DNA of 62,398 nt, filler included, from Asterionella formosa (lineage: Eukaryota): NCBI GenBank assembly GCA_002256025.1. It is 6 parts of 6 records of this genome, joined end to end, with 100 filler letters (N's around TTAATTAATTAA, not from the genome) between each part and the next. Parts side by side here need not be neighbours in the genome. Positions count along the whole stretch, not along the records: positions 1 to 27,609 come from NKIB01001463.1; 5 more parts are not named here. One strand, written 5' to 3'. How positions within the stretch are numbered: the stretch's first letter is position 1; the number at the start of each line of letters is the position of its first letter. A model generated the notes under the pieces. It was given only the letters and a program-made list of their open reading frames with translations. It ran no database searches and had not been told where the DNA came from. Below, piece by piece: positions 11,628 to 23,700 of this stretch. The position numbers were made by a program, and so were the translations under genes.

Positions 11628-13469
11628 AAGGTAGTCCACAAAATCGCTCCCTCAAATTAAATTATACATCATGGAGAAGGAAGCCAATGAATTACAGTCG
11701 GCAAATCATATAAAGGTGTATATGATGATGGGAGATCTCTAATTGCATTATTGTACAATTCTTTAATGGATATGAAAGGGACAATGATGTTGTTTGCAAC
11801 CAGTAAATAATCATCAGTCAATAGATGACACAAGTTGTTGCATCCTTGGAGCCTATGCAACAATACAAGATTACTTGGTTGTCGGGGTGTCAACAAGTAC
11901 AGGAGTTGACATCGATGTGCCTTCTACATTGGAATGTGTACCAATGAATTGATTATTTCACATCCTGCAGTGACTCGATCAGTCACCACTTCAGGACCAA
12001 GGGAGATTAGTCTTGGATCTCTTTCCATCTATTTCGTTTGCTCTTTGGTTGTAGGGAGACGCTCTATTCATTGCAGACATGCATTGTGTCCAGTTGTGCT
12101 ACTACTCCAGCTCGCATTCTTACAAAATAATCGAATTCACCATGTTGCTGATCGTGAACCCATTATCATTAGAACTTTTTGGAAGCAAGAAAACAATCGT
12201 CATAGCTACTGTTACTGTTACACCAAAGCGCTCGATGTGGCTGCGGACAGCTTCTACCAAAGATCATTGCTACTTTCAAAGTATATCAGGCAGATCAGCT
12301 GTTGACAGTCCTTCAAATTTGTTGTGGCTGTTGAGCAATTTCATTGTGCATGAACCATTATGTTGGCCTTGCTGTGTTTGTCATCAAACGATATCGTCAT
12401 CGCAATTAAAGATCGCGTCCATCGTTGTTGAATGATCGTAATTCCGTGGAAGCAATAAAAAACAATGAAAAAAAGTATAATTATAAAAAGAAGAATTACA
12501 ATAGCATACCAGTCGGTATACTATCATGAATCACGTAACAAAAGAAGTTTTATACATGAGCAATCCTAAGTAGGGGGGGAAGTTTTGCACGCTTCCCGTA
12601 TCTTCGCTTGCTAGCAGGAGCTTTTGCTTCTTGTACCACTCAAAGGAGTACACCGTTTCTTCTGACGGTCCCTATTCTACCTGGTTGTCATCATGCCGGA
12701 TTATCATTAGGTGGTGGGGGACATTGTATGTCCCTATCTCCCGTGCTTGGTGCAGAGAAGGAAATTGTGCCTTTGCAGCCCTAATCCCTACCTATGAGTC
12801 CGTGATACAGTTCGGGGCATTCGACAGTATCGAACCCCCAACCTCACTCCTACTGGGTGGGCCTGCCAATCTTAGAAGGATCATTCATTTCATATAAACC
12901 CTGGACAGTTTCAATTTCAGTTTCAGTTTCAGTTTGAAATTGAAGGAATTGTGAGGCACTTGGTGCTGGGGCGGTAATTTCTACTCGAAGTTCCGGTAAT
13001 CGAGATATTTAGCATACACTCTTTTCCTCAGGAAAAACCGTGTTTTACCGGACCTTCCTCTGGTGTGACAGTTATTCGTAGAAGTCTACCAGCTATCGGA
13101 TATACCTGTGGTAGGAGTTGCGCTAAGTGACAGTCCTTACTTATAAAAGGAAAGAAAAGCTAAAAAAAGTTAAATTACTCATTTACCGGTACCGGTACCG
13201 GGACCTGGGACCTTACATAAAGCAATCTTCGTTATATTTATACAGTACGTGGTACTGTACATATAAGTACTGGTACTGGTACCAGGTACAAGCCGAGTGA
13301 GAGGACGACATTCGAATTGCCGTACATAAGCCCTGTGGTAAACTACCGGTAATGATTATTTATTATTATTAGCTAATACGAAATCAAGCACTGTTCGCTA
13401 TCAAGTGTTCCCACGACCTGATGGACTACCGGTTTATGATCACTTTTGTTCTTGTTGAATTAAAACACC

Positions 13470-16453
13470 ATGAGTTTCTGTCGACGGCCGCTGTCCTTTG
13501 ACTACCACATCGACGCTATACATCGCCTATCAGAAGTGAATACGAGGGATGTGAGGATCATCATTGATGCGGCGGATGACCTGGGGATCGATGACGACCC
13601 TGCCGACTGCCCGGTTGACGCTTCTGATGATGAAGGTTCTGATCTGCAATTAGATAATGTCAGCAATGACCCATTCAGTGAATTTCCGTTTATGGTGGGA
13701 TCTGATCAAGATTTGGTAAGTTGCTGTTGCGTTTACATTTTCTTCCATTCAGTGCTGGAACTTGCCTTGCCGCCAACTCAACTTCATATGCCTCACTCTC
13801 ATAACCTGCTTGAAACGATGGCTCGCCTGTCTCTACGCTTCCATCCCAGGTGATAGATAAAGATTATGATCCAATAGATCAACGATATATGATAGACTCG
13901 AATTATGAAAGGCTTGAGACCAAAGATCAAGGCATATCCACAGAACATTCCATCCCATTTATGTCGGAGCCTCTACTTGTAATCCCTTCCATGTCGGAAA
14001 CCATCACTCAGAATGATCAAGCCTTAACAAACATAAGCACTTTGAAGATTAGGAATCAGGGAAAGATCTGGCTCAAAACATCAAACTTGGAGGAATATGA
14101 ACCCACATGTCGATTTGTACGAAACCTTTTGATGGTCCTCTACTTGCAACAGAAAATACCGAGACTGGCCAATGGGTCATGCAACGACCACGTGAAAAGA
14201 AAAAGATTTGTTGCTCCATCTCCACACTTTTCGTGGACTCCCACGTGCCTCCTTCATCGTAATCCTTCAAAACAATTCAATCAATCTCCTTGCTCTACTG
14301 TGCACAAATTCACATTACTTACGCAAGGAACCGTTGCCTCACTGATTGATTCCTTAACGACAAATCCACAAATATCGACAGCTTTGACAATTTTTTCGCA
14401 GAAGCCAACAACTATCCCAGAAATATTTGTTCAAGTAGTCAGTGCCATTATAGATTTTCTGCAAACCAAACAACGCCCTACTCATATGCAGGAGGAGCTT
14501 CCATTTCAACGTCATGGTGTTTCGAGTTCGCGAAATATAGTCGAGACTGATCCATGGCGAAAGTTTTCAGCTGCACCTTCTCAAAGGAATCTAGCCAAAG
14601 CAAAGATTCTGTGTCAAATGAAAAAGCAAAAATTGCAAGAAATTGGCGAACCCAAAGAAACTATGAGCCACAAGAGGAATTACACTATGCAGTTGCCGCC
14701 AAGAATGCCTCCGATTGTCGAACATGGAAAGCCTGTGGCTATCTTGACATTCCAAAAGCCAAAACTCAATCACGATGAGCCGCAAATGTCCTCTTTGATG
14801 AAATTTGATTTGAATCTCAACGATTCATTGAAGAATATACATGATTCCAATTCGCTATGTCGAATTGATCTGTGTCCTGAATATGTTACTGTGATACCAT
14901 CAGCTGTTAGAACATCACAAATGACTGAACAACTGGATTCAACCCTTGCTTTCCACAATAACACAATCACCGCCCACTTAAAAACTCAGAATGCAGGCAT
15001 GCGTACAGCTGACATGCCCCCTGAAGACCGACGTGCTAGAAAACGGCTTAGACGAGAGAAGAGAAGAGCAAAGCTAGAAACAAGACGGAAATTGAGCAGT
15101 CATGGTTCAGTTCATGACGCTGAGACCGAAAGGCAGGAGCGAAAAAGAACTAAAATTGCGCTTAAAGATGAAGCGTTGAGAGAAACTAAGAAACTAAGGA
15201 GACTTCAACCCTTGCCTAAAAATGAAGACGACAGCAATGAAAATCTTGTTTTCGTCAAAAGCAGGTGCAGTGAGAAGGATCCAAACATCACTCTGGGACC
15301 TACGAAATCTGGGGAGTTTATTCCCAAGAAATTGGGAGTTGGAGATAGATGGTTAGACCCAAGAATCAAGAAATATGACTCCAAACTTGTCACTTCTCGT
15401 CTTTATACCTTGAACAATCATTTGCATCCTGAGATGCCGGTAAGTCAAAACTATCATAGCAGATCGGGGCGAGAATTGGAACCACCTGTACCTATCCCGA
15501 CTACGCGGCAGCCAGTTCTAACGAGTCAAGTTGCACGCAGTTCTCATCCCTATCATGTCACTGAAACCCCAAATCGAACGCTCCAACAACTTCATCCTCG
15601 CACCGATCCAAGTCAACATCAGCATCCTCCGCCTACATACATAGATTTCCCGCCTTTGAAATTTTTGTGCTCCGAGTCATTTCTTAGTTTTTGGGGCCAT
15701 GCTACAACTGAGCTGGCGTCGGGGACATGGATGAAATCATTGCTTCCTGTTTCTCTTGAGAGAGAAGACACTGTTGATCTGGTTTTGCCTGTTGGTCGTA
15801 AAATTCTGATGCATGATACCTCACTTCTAGATGAGATTGGAGTTGACGTCGAGACTCCAGGAAGAGGTGCACTGATAGTTTGTTCCCTGGCTAGCTGGAT
15901 AACATTGGACATGAGGTCGCAAGTACGAAAACATATCCTCACAACAGCAATGGGGAAGTACAAGAACTTGGATTTCTTCTTGTGTGTTGACACCGAAATT
16001 ACTTCTTCCCTAGCGTCCCACATTGCCTTATTACAGAATTCTTTGCTTTGTAATGGTGGCAATTGCATTGCGTCCTTTCGCACTGTGTCTCCTCGAACTC
16101 TGTCTGCCGCACTTGCTCAACGAATATTGAGTTGCCAGCATCATCAGTCCATGTCATTTCTTGACGACAGTGTGCACGATGATCGATTGGAGCAACGGGT
16201 ACGATTCTTACTCGCAATTGTCCCTTGTTTAACTGCTACGGGGGCTTTATTTCTCCTCAGGGCAGCTGGACAAGGCGACGATAATCCGCTTTCGGAAGAA
16301 GGTTCGAGGCTGGGAATACAGAATCTTCTTGGAAACAAAGCCTATTTGGAAAAGTGTCGTGATGACATCAAGTCGGGACAGTCATCTACACATGTCGACC
16401 TGGGTACAATCAATCAAATTGCAATTGCTTCGTTAGCTCCGCTGAGGTGGTAG
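13470..16453 (+). CDS. Probable SHOC1/Zip2-like meiotic crossover protein with C-terminal XPF/ERCC4-like domain (2 exons, ~949 aa)
   Basis: Exons 13470-13715 and 13850-16453 (phase-0 GTAAG...CAG intron). C-terminal motifs KFLCSESFL, GALIVCSL, ASHIALLQNSLL and RFLLAIVPCLTATGALFLL resemble the SHOC1 C-terminus as I recall it. The gene is well supported; the family is inferred. Confidence 0.6.
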
Positions 16454-16812
16454 ACTCTGACGAAATTTTTATTAGAATGTATTACGACACTAAGCCATTT
16501 GAAAGTTTTGAGAAATCATAAAATATATTCTCGCATAGACAGACTGCGGGGGAATGGATTGACGAACAACTAAAAAGGCCAGGAACATCCATTCGTTGAC
16601 ATGTAGCATTTAGAGGAAAAGTGTACTCAATTGTCATGGCCTCATGTTGGATTCACCAGCATTTTTTGTCCTCATGGGATGCCACAGTCGCAATTCGTAA
16701 GGCCTTCATTGAATTTGGGCGTTTTATTTCCTTTCTAATAATAAACTTAAATTTTTTTTAGGGAACTACATACTCTATACTCTGTCTATTGCTCAGTCGC
16801 AACGTAAAGAAA

Positions 16813-19038
16813 CTAAAGGATTTTAAAGTTCTCGTCGGCGGCAATCAGCTTCTCGTACACTGTGAGGAGGTCATCTTCATCGGTGATTTTGGCACGATCT
16901 CTCGCGTCTTCCTTCAGATACGATACTAATATTCTCTTCAGTTCATTGTGTTGGTCTTCGTCGTAGATGTCGATATCGTGTCCACCATGAGGTTGATCCT
17001 CAAAGGTGTCCAGAGCAGTCTCAATCTCCTCACGAATATTCCGGTTGTTGGCTTCTTGCAAGTCTTTCATGGTTATTGATGACCATTCGTCTTCTTCATC
17101 TCGTTTGCCAATAGTTGGTCCTATGGTTGGAAGGAATACTCGACTATATGTTTCCATGAATGCCGTCGAAAGCAAACATGCAACCTCGGCATCACCAGTA
17201 TCTAGGGCGACCCTCCCCGCTCCACCAAATTCATCATCTACAAACTGCTCCAATGGATCTTTGTCTTCCGAGCTGTCATGACTTAATCCAATATGAGCAA
17301 ATCCATGTCCCTGATTTGGAAATACTTTGACCATGTAATCCTTAACTCGTGTGTCTTCCTCTAGGAGCGCTTTTAATGAAGCAGCATCACTTGCTGTGGC
17401 ACCATCAATTTCATCCAGTTCCCCAAAGAGTGCAATTACTGCCACATTTCTTCGATTGTCATGTGTCAGTGTAGATTCTCGAGACTTTCCAAAGAGAGAC
17501 TTGCTGTTGTACCGTGTTGGGTACCACGCCACGCAAACACTTGGATCGACGGCTGGTGGACCGACAGATCCATCCCAGTCGTGCACAATGTCATTGGGGA
17601 AGTAACCAGCGGCCGCTTCCAACGCTCTTCCTCCTCCGAAGCATGTCCCCCAAACAACTACTGATGTGACTCCATAGTTCTCCCTTAAACATGCCGCGGC
17701 GGCGCGAATATCAACACTCACTCTGAGTTCATCATGTTGGGATCGCCATTGTTCATAGGTCTGACCTTTTTCATTTTTCCCTGTGGATGTTTCTTCCCAG
17801 GGGTCACCTCTGAACAAATCGGGCACCATGACAACTATTGGTTGACATTCAAAGGCAATCTTTTCCGCCAATACTTGAGTATCGTTGTCAAATGCTCCGT
17901 ATACATCAGACAAGAGCAACACCCCTTGAACTTCTTGTGCCGATAATTGTGCTCCTGTCTGTGTATATTTTCCCCAGTCACTATAGTCTCTATCCATAAC
18001 GTTTGTGTATATCCCTTTCTCATCACCTTCATCCAGTCCTTCCTCTTGTTCTAATCTAAGCGGTATACGCGAGGCCAGTTCTCTTTTGGTTTGAATTTCC
18101 ATCAATCGTGCTTCTACTGTGGACGTGTTTCTTGCTCTGCCTGCCAAGAATCCTTGCAACGCATCCCGAGATGCAACAACAAAGGCTGACACATATGTTT
18201 GATTCGACCCCTTGAATTCTACTATTGTCCGTGATAGTGAATCCACCACGACCGATCTTCCTTCATAATCTTCCACAATACGTGCTTCGGTTCCCCATGT
18301 TTCAGTACCATCATTCGTACTTGTCATGTCCACCTCATTATTGGTGTCGTCTTGTAATGTCCTTGTGGCTTTATTTCTATCCTTGGGATCCAAATATTCT
18401 GTAACATTGATCAATTCTTTCCCACGTTCATTTGCAAATTTAACTGCTTTGGTAAATTCCACATCCAGAATAGCAGTAGCAGTTGTAGTCGTAGTGGTAG
18501 TATCCTCTGCTTCTGCACTATTGCTGTTGCTGCTATTACTGATGTTGTTGCTGTTGGTAGTAGTACTGGTAGTAGCACTGGTAGTAGTACTGGTAGTTGT
18601 AGCAGTAGTACTATCACGACGATTGGTTGCTTGAAAAAGCCGTTGCATCAATTCTGATTTATTACCACTGACTTTTTGTCCACGCAATCGTAATTGTTGT
18701 TTCAATTGTGGTACAGTCAAGTAGTTCATATCCTTCATGGTAAAATAGTCTTCCTCGTCTCCAGGTAGCATGGCTTCCATACTGGCAGTAGCATCTGCAT
18801 CCTCTTCCATGAAAAAGTCCTCCTCGTCGTCTTCGTCTTCGTCTTGGGAAGTAGTAAATGAAGCGGTAAACGAGGTCGTAGAAGGCGACGAAGGACGACA
18901 GCGAACATGACAGCTTCGTGTAAAGGGAACGGAAAGGAAGGAATTGACATGTAGATTCTTGGTGCTAGCAACTAGAAAAAGTAGCAGAAGAGCCATGCTG
19001 GAGACCGAGGAGGAGGAATAGTGCCTCATCGTCGTCAT
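16813..19038 (-). CDS. Plastid-targeted SAP-domain + dienelactone hydrolase family protein
   Basis: Signal peptide then VNS-FL and Ser/Thr-rich transit. SAP motif LTVPQLKQQLRLRGQKVSGNKSELMQRL. DLH motifs VPDLFRG, WGTCFGG (Cys nucleophile), GELD, HGFAH. Confidence 0.85.
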   Translation of the reverse strand: MTTMRHYSSSSVSSMALLLLFLVASTKNLHVNSFLSVPFTRSCHVRCRPSSPSTTSFTASFTTSQDEDEDDEEDFFMEEDADATASMEAMLPGDEEDYFTMKDMNYLTVPQLKQQLRLRGQKVSGNKSELMQRLFQATNRRDSTTATTTSTTTSATTSTTTNSNNISNSSNSNSAEAEDTTTTTTTATAILDVEFTKAVKFANERGKELINVTEYLDPKDRNKATRTLQDDTNNEVDMTSTNDGTETWGTEARIVEDYEGRSVVVDSLSRTIVEFKGSNQTYVSAFVVASRDALQGFLAGRARNTSTVEARLMEIQTKRELASRIPLRLEQEEGLDEGDEKGIYTNVMDRDYSDWGKYTQTGAQLSAQEVQGVLLLSDVYGAFDNDTQVLAEKIAFECQPIVVMVPDLFRGDPWEETSTGKNEKGQTYEQWRSQHDELRVSVDIRAAAACLRENYGVTSVVVWGTCFGGGRALEAAAGYFPNDIVHDWDGSVGPPAVDPSVCVAWYPTRYNSKSLFGKSRESTLTHDNRRNVAVIALFGELDEIDGATASDAASLKALLEEDTRVKDYMVKVFPNQGHGFAHIGLSHDSSEDKDPLEQFVDDEFGGAGRVALDTGDAEVACLLSTAFMETYSRVFLPTIGPTIGKRDEEDEWSSITMKDLQEANNRNIREEIETALDTFEDQPHGGHDIDIYDEDQHNELKRILVSYLKEDARDRAKITDEDDLLTVYEKLIAADENFKIL

Positions 19039-19838
19039 CTTTAATCTTTTTATTTTAGCTTCTTGTCAATTTATAAATGAAAAAAGGTTTGTTCATCAAC
19101 AGATTATTATATTTACTTTATAGCTAAAATATAACCAGGTAGACTACCGGTATTCGTTTTATTAGGATGATGGCTGGGCTGACAGTATTACTGGTATGGT
19201 ACATGGATGGTACCAGGTACCTCGTGCTCCTACATACATACTCTGCCAGGGACCAGCACCAGTACCAGGGTGTACAGATTAGTGTACGTGGTCCATAGAA
19301 TTGATGAATATAATTCGGCATGCACATAATCATATACTATGTAGCTGCATGCAGGAGGTCTGTATTTCGTCACCAAGTGATCTACCGGTACTATAAATAC
19401 ATATTTATATTAATACGTATGATTTGATGTATTAATTATACATCATGCATTACATAAAATTTCTAAAAAAAGAAAAGTAAAAAATAAATGGCCAGAAACG
19501 TCTCACTTTTTGTTTACTGTCTGATCATACACGTCGAAATACCGTACCAGGTACCAGGTACCTGGTATAAGTACCAGGTACCTGGTATAATACCGTGATA
19601 GTCCCTGGTACTTCCATATGACGTGGTTTCACATGATTCATGCTTCCTTACTACGGTATGCTACCGTTGATACATCTGAAATTTAGTATCGGTAGATCAT
19701 TTTTTACGGTCGTGTCAATCATATCTTACGTTTCAGATATATCCTTCCTCGTTTCTACTTCTTCTTCTGGTCCATCTGCCTCGACAGTGGTTGGTGTCGA
19801 CGCCCTGTCAGTAGTAGTACTGTAATACATAGAAGAAG

Positions 19839-20582
19839 ATGCGATCTCGTCGTTGCGGCATAGTCGCATTACTAGTGATGACAATGTTGTCGGCTGTGAT
19901 GAGTTTTGCTCCGTTCACGAAGCAACAACAACGCCATTGGAGGTTGGAATCCTCCTCCTCATCATCATCATCATCAGAACAAGGCATCGTATCATTGACA
20001 TTGGACAAACCACTTGGATTACTATTGGAAGAAGTAGAAGAAGGTCAACCCAAGGGTGTTTTAGTACAAGACATAGCGCCGGGAGGATCGGCCTTTACCT
20101 ACAAGGAACAATTGATTGGTGCGCGTTTACACAAAGTTCAAGGAGAATCTGTCACTTCCATGATGTTTGAAGCGGTCATGGAAGCCATCATTGCTGCTCC
20201 AGCATCCTTGACTATTGATTTCATAACAACTAGCAGTGACACCACTACAGAAACAAATATTGAACTGGACATTGGGACACCTGTCACCATTACAGTGTTG
20301 CAAGATGGGACACCGACGAAAACATTGGCAGCCAAGGTGGGGGACAATTTACGAACTACCTTGTTGGCCAATAATGTGGAATTGTATCGTGGGCTTAAGA
20401 AGAAGTTGGGAAACTGTGGAGGAGCTGGACAATGTACCTTTTGTGCTGTTAAATGCAGCGACCTGGGAGAAGAATGGGCACCACGATCAGACTATGAAGA
20501 AACGAAAATTGGAAAATTTAAAAATGCTCGTTTGGCATGCATGACCAACATTCAAGGATCTGCCACTATTGAAATTCAGTAA
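19839..20582 (+). CDS. Plastid-targeted PDZ-like + 2Fe-2S ferredoxin protein
   Basis: Signal peptide with VMS-FAP cleavage motif. PDZ-like LDKPLGLLLEE...V..I..GGSA. Ferredoxin NCGGAGQCTFC...RLAC. Confidence 0.88.
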   Translation: MRSRRCGIVALLVMTMLSAVMSFAPFTKQQQRHWRLESSSSSSSSSEQGIVSLTLDKPLGLLLEEVEEGQPKGVLVQDIAPGGSAFTYKEQLIGARLHKVQGESVTSMMFEAVMEAIIAAPASLTIDFITTSSDTTTETNIELDIGTPVTITVLQDGTPTKTLAAKVGDNLRTTLLANNVELYRGLKKKLGNCGGAGQCTFCAVKCSDLGEEWAPRSDYEETKIGKFKNARLACMTNIQGSATIEIQ

Positions 20583-20758
20583 CGCACGACATTATTAGAA
20601 AATCAAATTACACTTCTTATCATTTTGTCATGCTCGTGAGAATTTTCGCAAATCACAAAAGCCTACGAATGACCAAAATCTATCCTGTTGTATTGCTCCC
20701 GTTCAACACTTTTGTTACCACGCCGGTAGAAACGGAACCAATTATTTACTTTATTAAT

Positions 20759-23700
20759 TCATTTAGGTTCACCATCATTACCTTGCCAGAGCTGTTCTAC
20801 TTCCAACGAGATTTCGTTAGTTAACCTTTGGAACGCACGATTTTTGCTCATTTCAGGAATCACCTTCTTCACCAGCATGTGCCGATCCAGACCCAATACT
20901 GTAGGTGCAGAAGACAACCACCAACAGGTACTTTTCTCAGTAGCAATAGATACAGAACCAAGAAGGAGATCGATCACCATACGCACGAGATCTTCGAATC
21001 CTCCCTGTACCAACGTGCGCACATACCGCAACAGCCAAAACTCAAATTCCCCCGCGGACTCCAGGACCATGGCGCAAGCGAGTCTGTCCTCACAATGGGA
21101 CCGTGTTACGGTGCAGGGGTCAGGGTGGTACATGCCTGACACAGAAGCTTCGTCGCGACCACGCCGAGATGGCTTGATAGATGATGAAGTTACCCCACCC
21201 CGGACAGCATCGTCAATTGTTGCTAACAATCGATCTGGTGTTTTGGCGGAAGGCAAAATCGTATAAAAGTCTGACAAAACAAACCGACTATCGGCAACTC
21301 GCATCCATAGTTCCGCAGCAGCATTGTACACAAAAGCCTGGATGGACCCACCAGGACCAGACGACGATGCCGAAGTAACACTACGAAATGGAGACTTAGA
21401 ACTAGCATCGTCTTCGTGGCCAACTGACGAGCCCTGTAGAGAAAGTAACATCAAAAGGCGGCCTGACTCTGTTATTTGCACTCTCGCAAGTTTTGGGAGG
21501 GGACCAGTGATGGCGCGATTCTTTTGCCCATTTACAGACAGGAGCAAGTGTGTCATGGCCGGGAAGATGGAACCCTTGAATTCTAATCGTAAATCTGGAA
21601 GCAAAGTGTGAACATAGAAAGTACCATCCGCAGAAACAACCAGCATTCGGACAGACCCATCCCCTTCATACAGCTCAAGTGATGCAATAGGCTGCCCAAC
21701 GATAAGGGGAGGATGTGATCGAAATGACGTGCCACATTTCCAGCCGAGGGTAGGAGAATTTCCGTAAATATATAATGTACCGTCTGTTGTTCCGACAACA
21801 AGAATTGATTTTCCTGCTGCTATTGCACAACAAGATGTTCCGATAATTTCATCTTTCCACATTGTACGACCGTGGAGAGTAATTGACAAAGTCGTGCACA
21901 GTAGCGGTTGTCCCGACGAGCCCTTTGGTATCCTTGTTGAATTAGAACAATCTGCAGTGTATGTTTCCATTTTTTCAGCGGACACTGATGCTGCAAACAT
22001 TGGCAACTCAACGGTGTGAACTCTACTAGTACTATGCGGAATTTGAGCCACAGGAGCACTTTGAGTGATTTGTGGATGTCGATGCTGCGGCGTCGTTGTC
22101 ACATGGTGGTGAACCGGAGCTATCCCGTTTGGTTCTTTATGTGGCACTTGCGACGGGGCTTGGATACCTTCAGCTGCAGAAGCTGCTTTGGCTGCCATCT
22201 CAAGTACGTCCTTGACCGTCTCTGCTTTGGTTTTCGCCTTCTTTTTAACTCCTTCCGAGGATCCATTTATTATTTGTTTCTTTGAAGAATCGTCAACGAC
22301 TGACATGAGGACTGGTCTAATTCTCTTTTTCCCATCCTTTTTTGTCTCTACTTGCTTCGTATTTAGCTTTTCTAGTGGCGCGAGTGGGGCTTCCTCTTGG
22401 TCGGAGTTAGCAATGTCATTGTCGACATCCTCCTCCAGGGAGTATTGTAGGGCATTCTCAATCAGTTTTGGCGCCGAATGATCTCCTACAAAGAATCGTC
22501 GCCCGCCCACTCCTCCATTGTCATCATCAATTCCATATCGCAACTGAAAGACTCGTCTCTGATCTGCTTCCGAAAGAAGAGTCCCCAGCTCTTGTTCTGA
22601 GAATTTCAATGCAGTGGCATGGCCATCCAAAAGAGTGACGAGTAAAATGACGTTGGTTCCCGTATATCCCCAAGCTAAATCTGTAACTGTGCATCTGGAT
22701 TCACTGCATTGCAGTTTGAACAATGGTCTAGATTTCCGTGTACTCCAGATGGTTACAAATCCCCTTTTGTCCCCCAGGGCTACAAGTGTCGCATACTCCG
22801 GGTCGTCCCCACCGGCTGATGATTTAACCTGTATCAACCGTGACAAATGGCGACTCACAACGACTGGCTGCTTGTGTCCGATCAAATGTGCTGTTCTATT
22901 TGTTGTCCATCCTTCTCTGGATATGGTCGATGCAACATGTTTCTTGTTCAGCGTTGCGTTGGTACAACAAATGTAGGTCCCATCAGTGGCCCAGCTCAAG
23001 CGGCGAAAGAGTGTTTGTGACGACAATGAGTCCAAGAATCCTTCCGTGACTTTTGTTTCAAGACCCCAATCGTCATGAGCACGCCAAATGCACACAGCTG
23101 GATCATCTCCTGACGATGCCAAATATGTCCCTGCAGGATCAAAGGTGACCCCCTTGACAGTAGAAGTATGCGAGGGAGACACCCCAAGTATTTTGTAAGG
23201 ATTGACCAGAACATTCGATTGTGTAATACTGTGTGTGTTGTTCAAGTCTGTCAGTTTCCATACAATTATCGGAGCATCCTTGTCCAAGGAACAGCTGACA
23301 AGGTGACTGTCATCGGGAGCCCATGCCAAATCTACAACGTCCAAGGTGTGACCTCGGCAGAGTTTGATGCGTGACCAGTGATTGTCGGTGGTCTTATCCG
23401 GGGCGTAAATACAAACGACGGCATCGTCGCCTGCCGAAGCCAAGAAATTGCCGTTGGTACTGAAACGTACGCAAAGGACGGAGGATCCCGTGTGGGCCGA
23501 TAGCGTGCACAGCAATTTGCTGTGTGGTGGAGGTTTGGTACTAGCAGTGTTTTTGCTATTGCTGTTATTGTTGTTTGTCTCAATCACAGGTGCAGGTTGA
23601 GTGTCTCCCTTTTTCCGTCGCACCAGATTAGTGATATCATGCACAAGCACTGCCGATTTGGTGGGTTGGTCAGTCTCTGCCCCATTGCCCCCGTCGTGAC

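Noticed and set aside
12570..12940. GC-richer patch with a hairpin, B-box-like GGTTCGATAC on the minus strand and (TTTCAG)3
   Set aside because: No A box, cloverleaf or TSD found, so it cannot be called a SINE or ncRNA.
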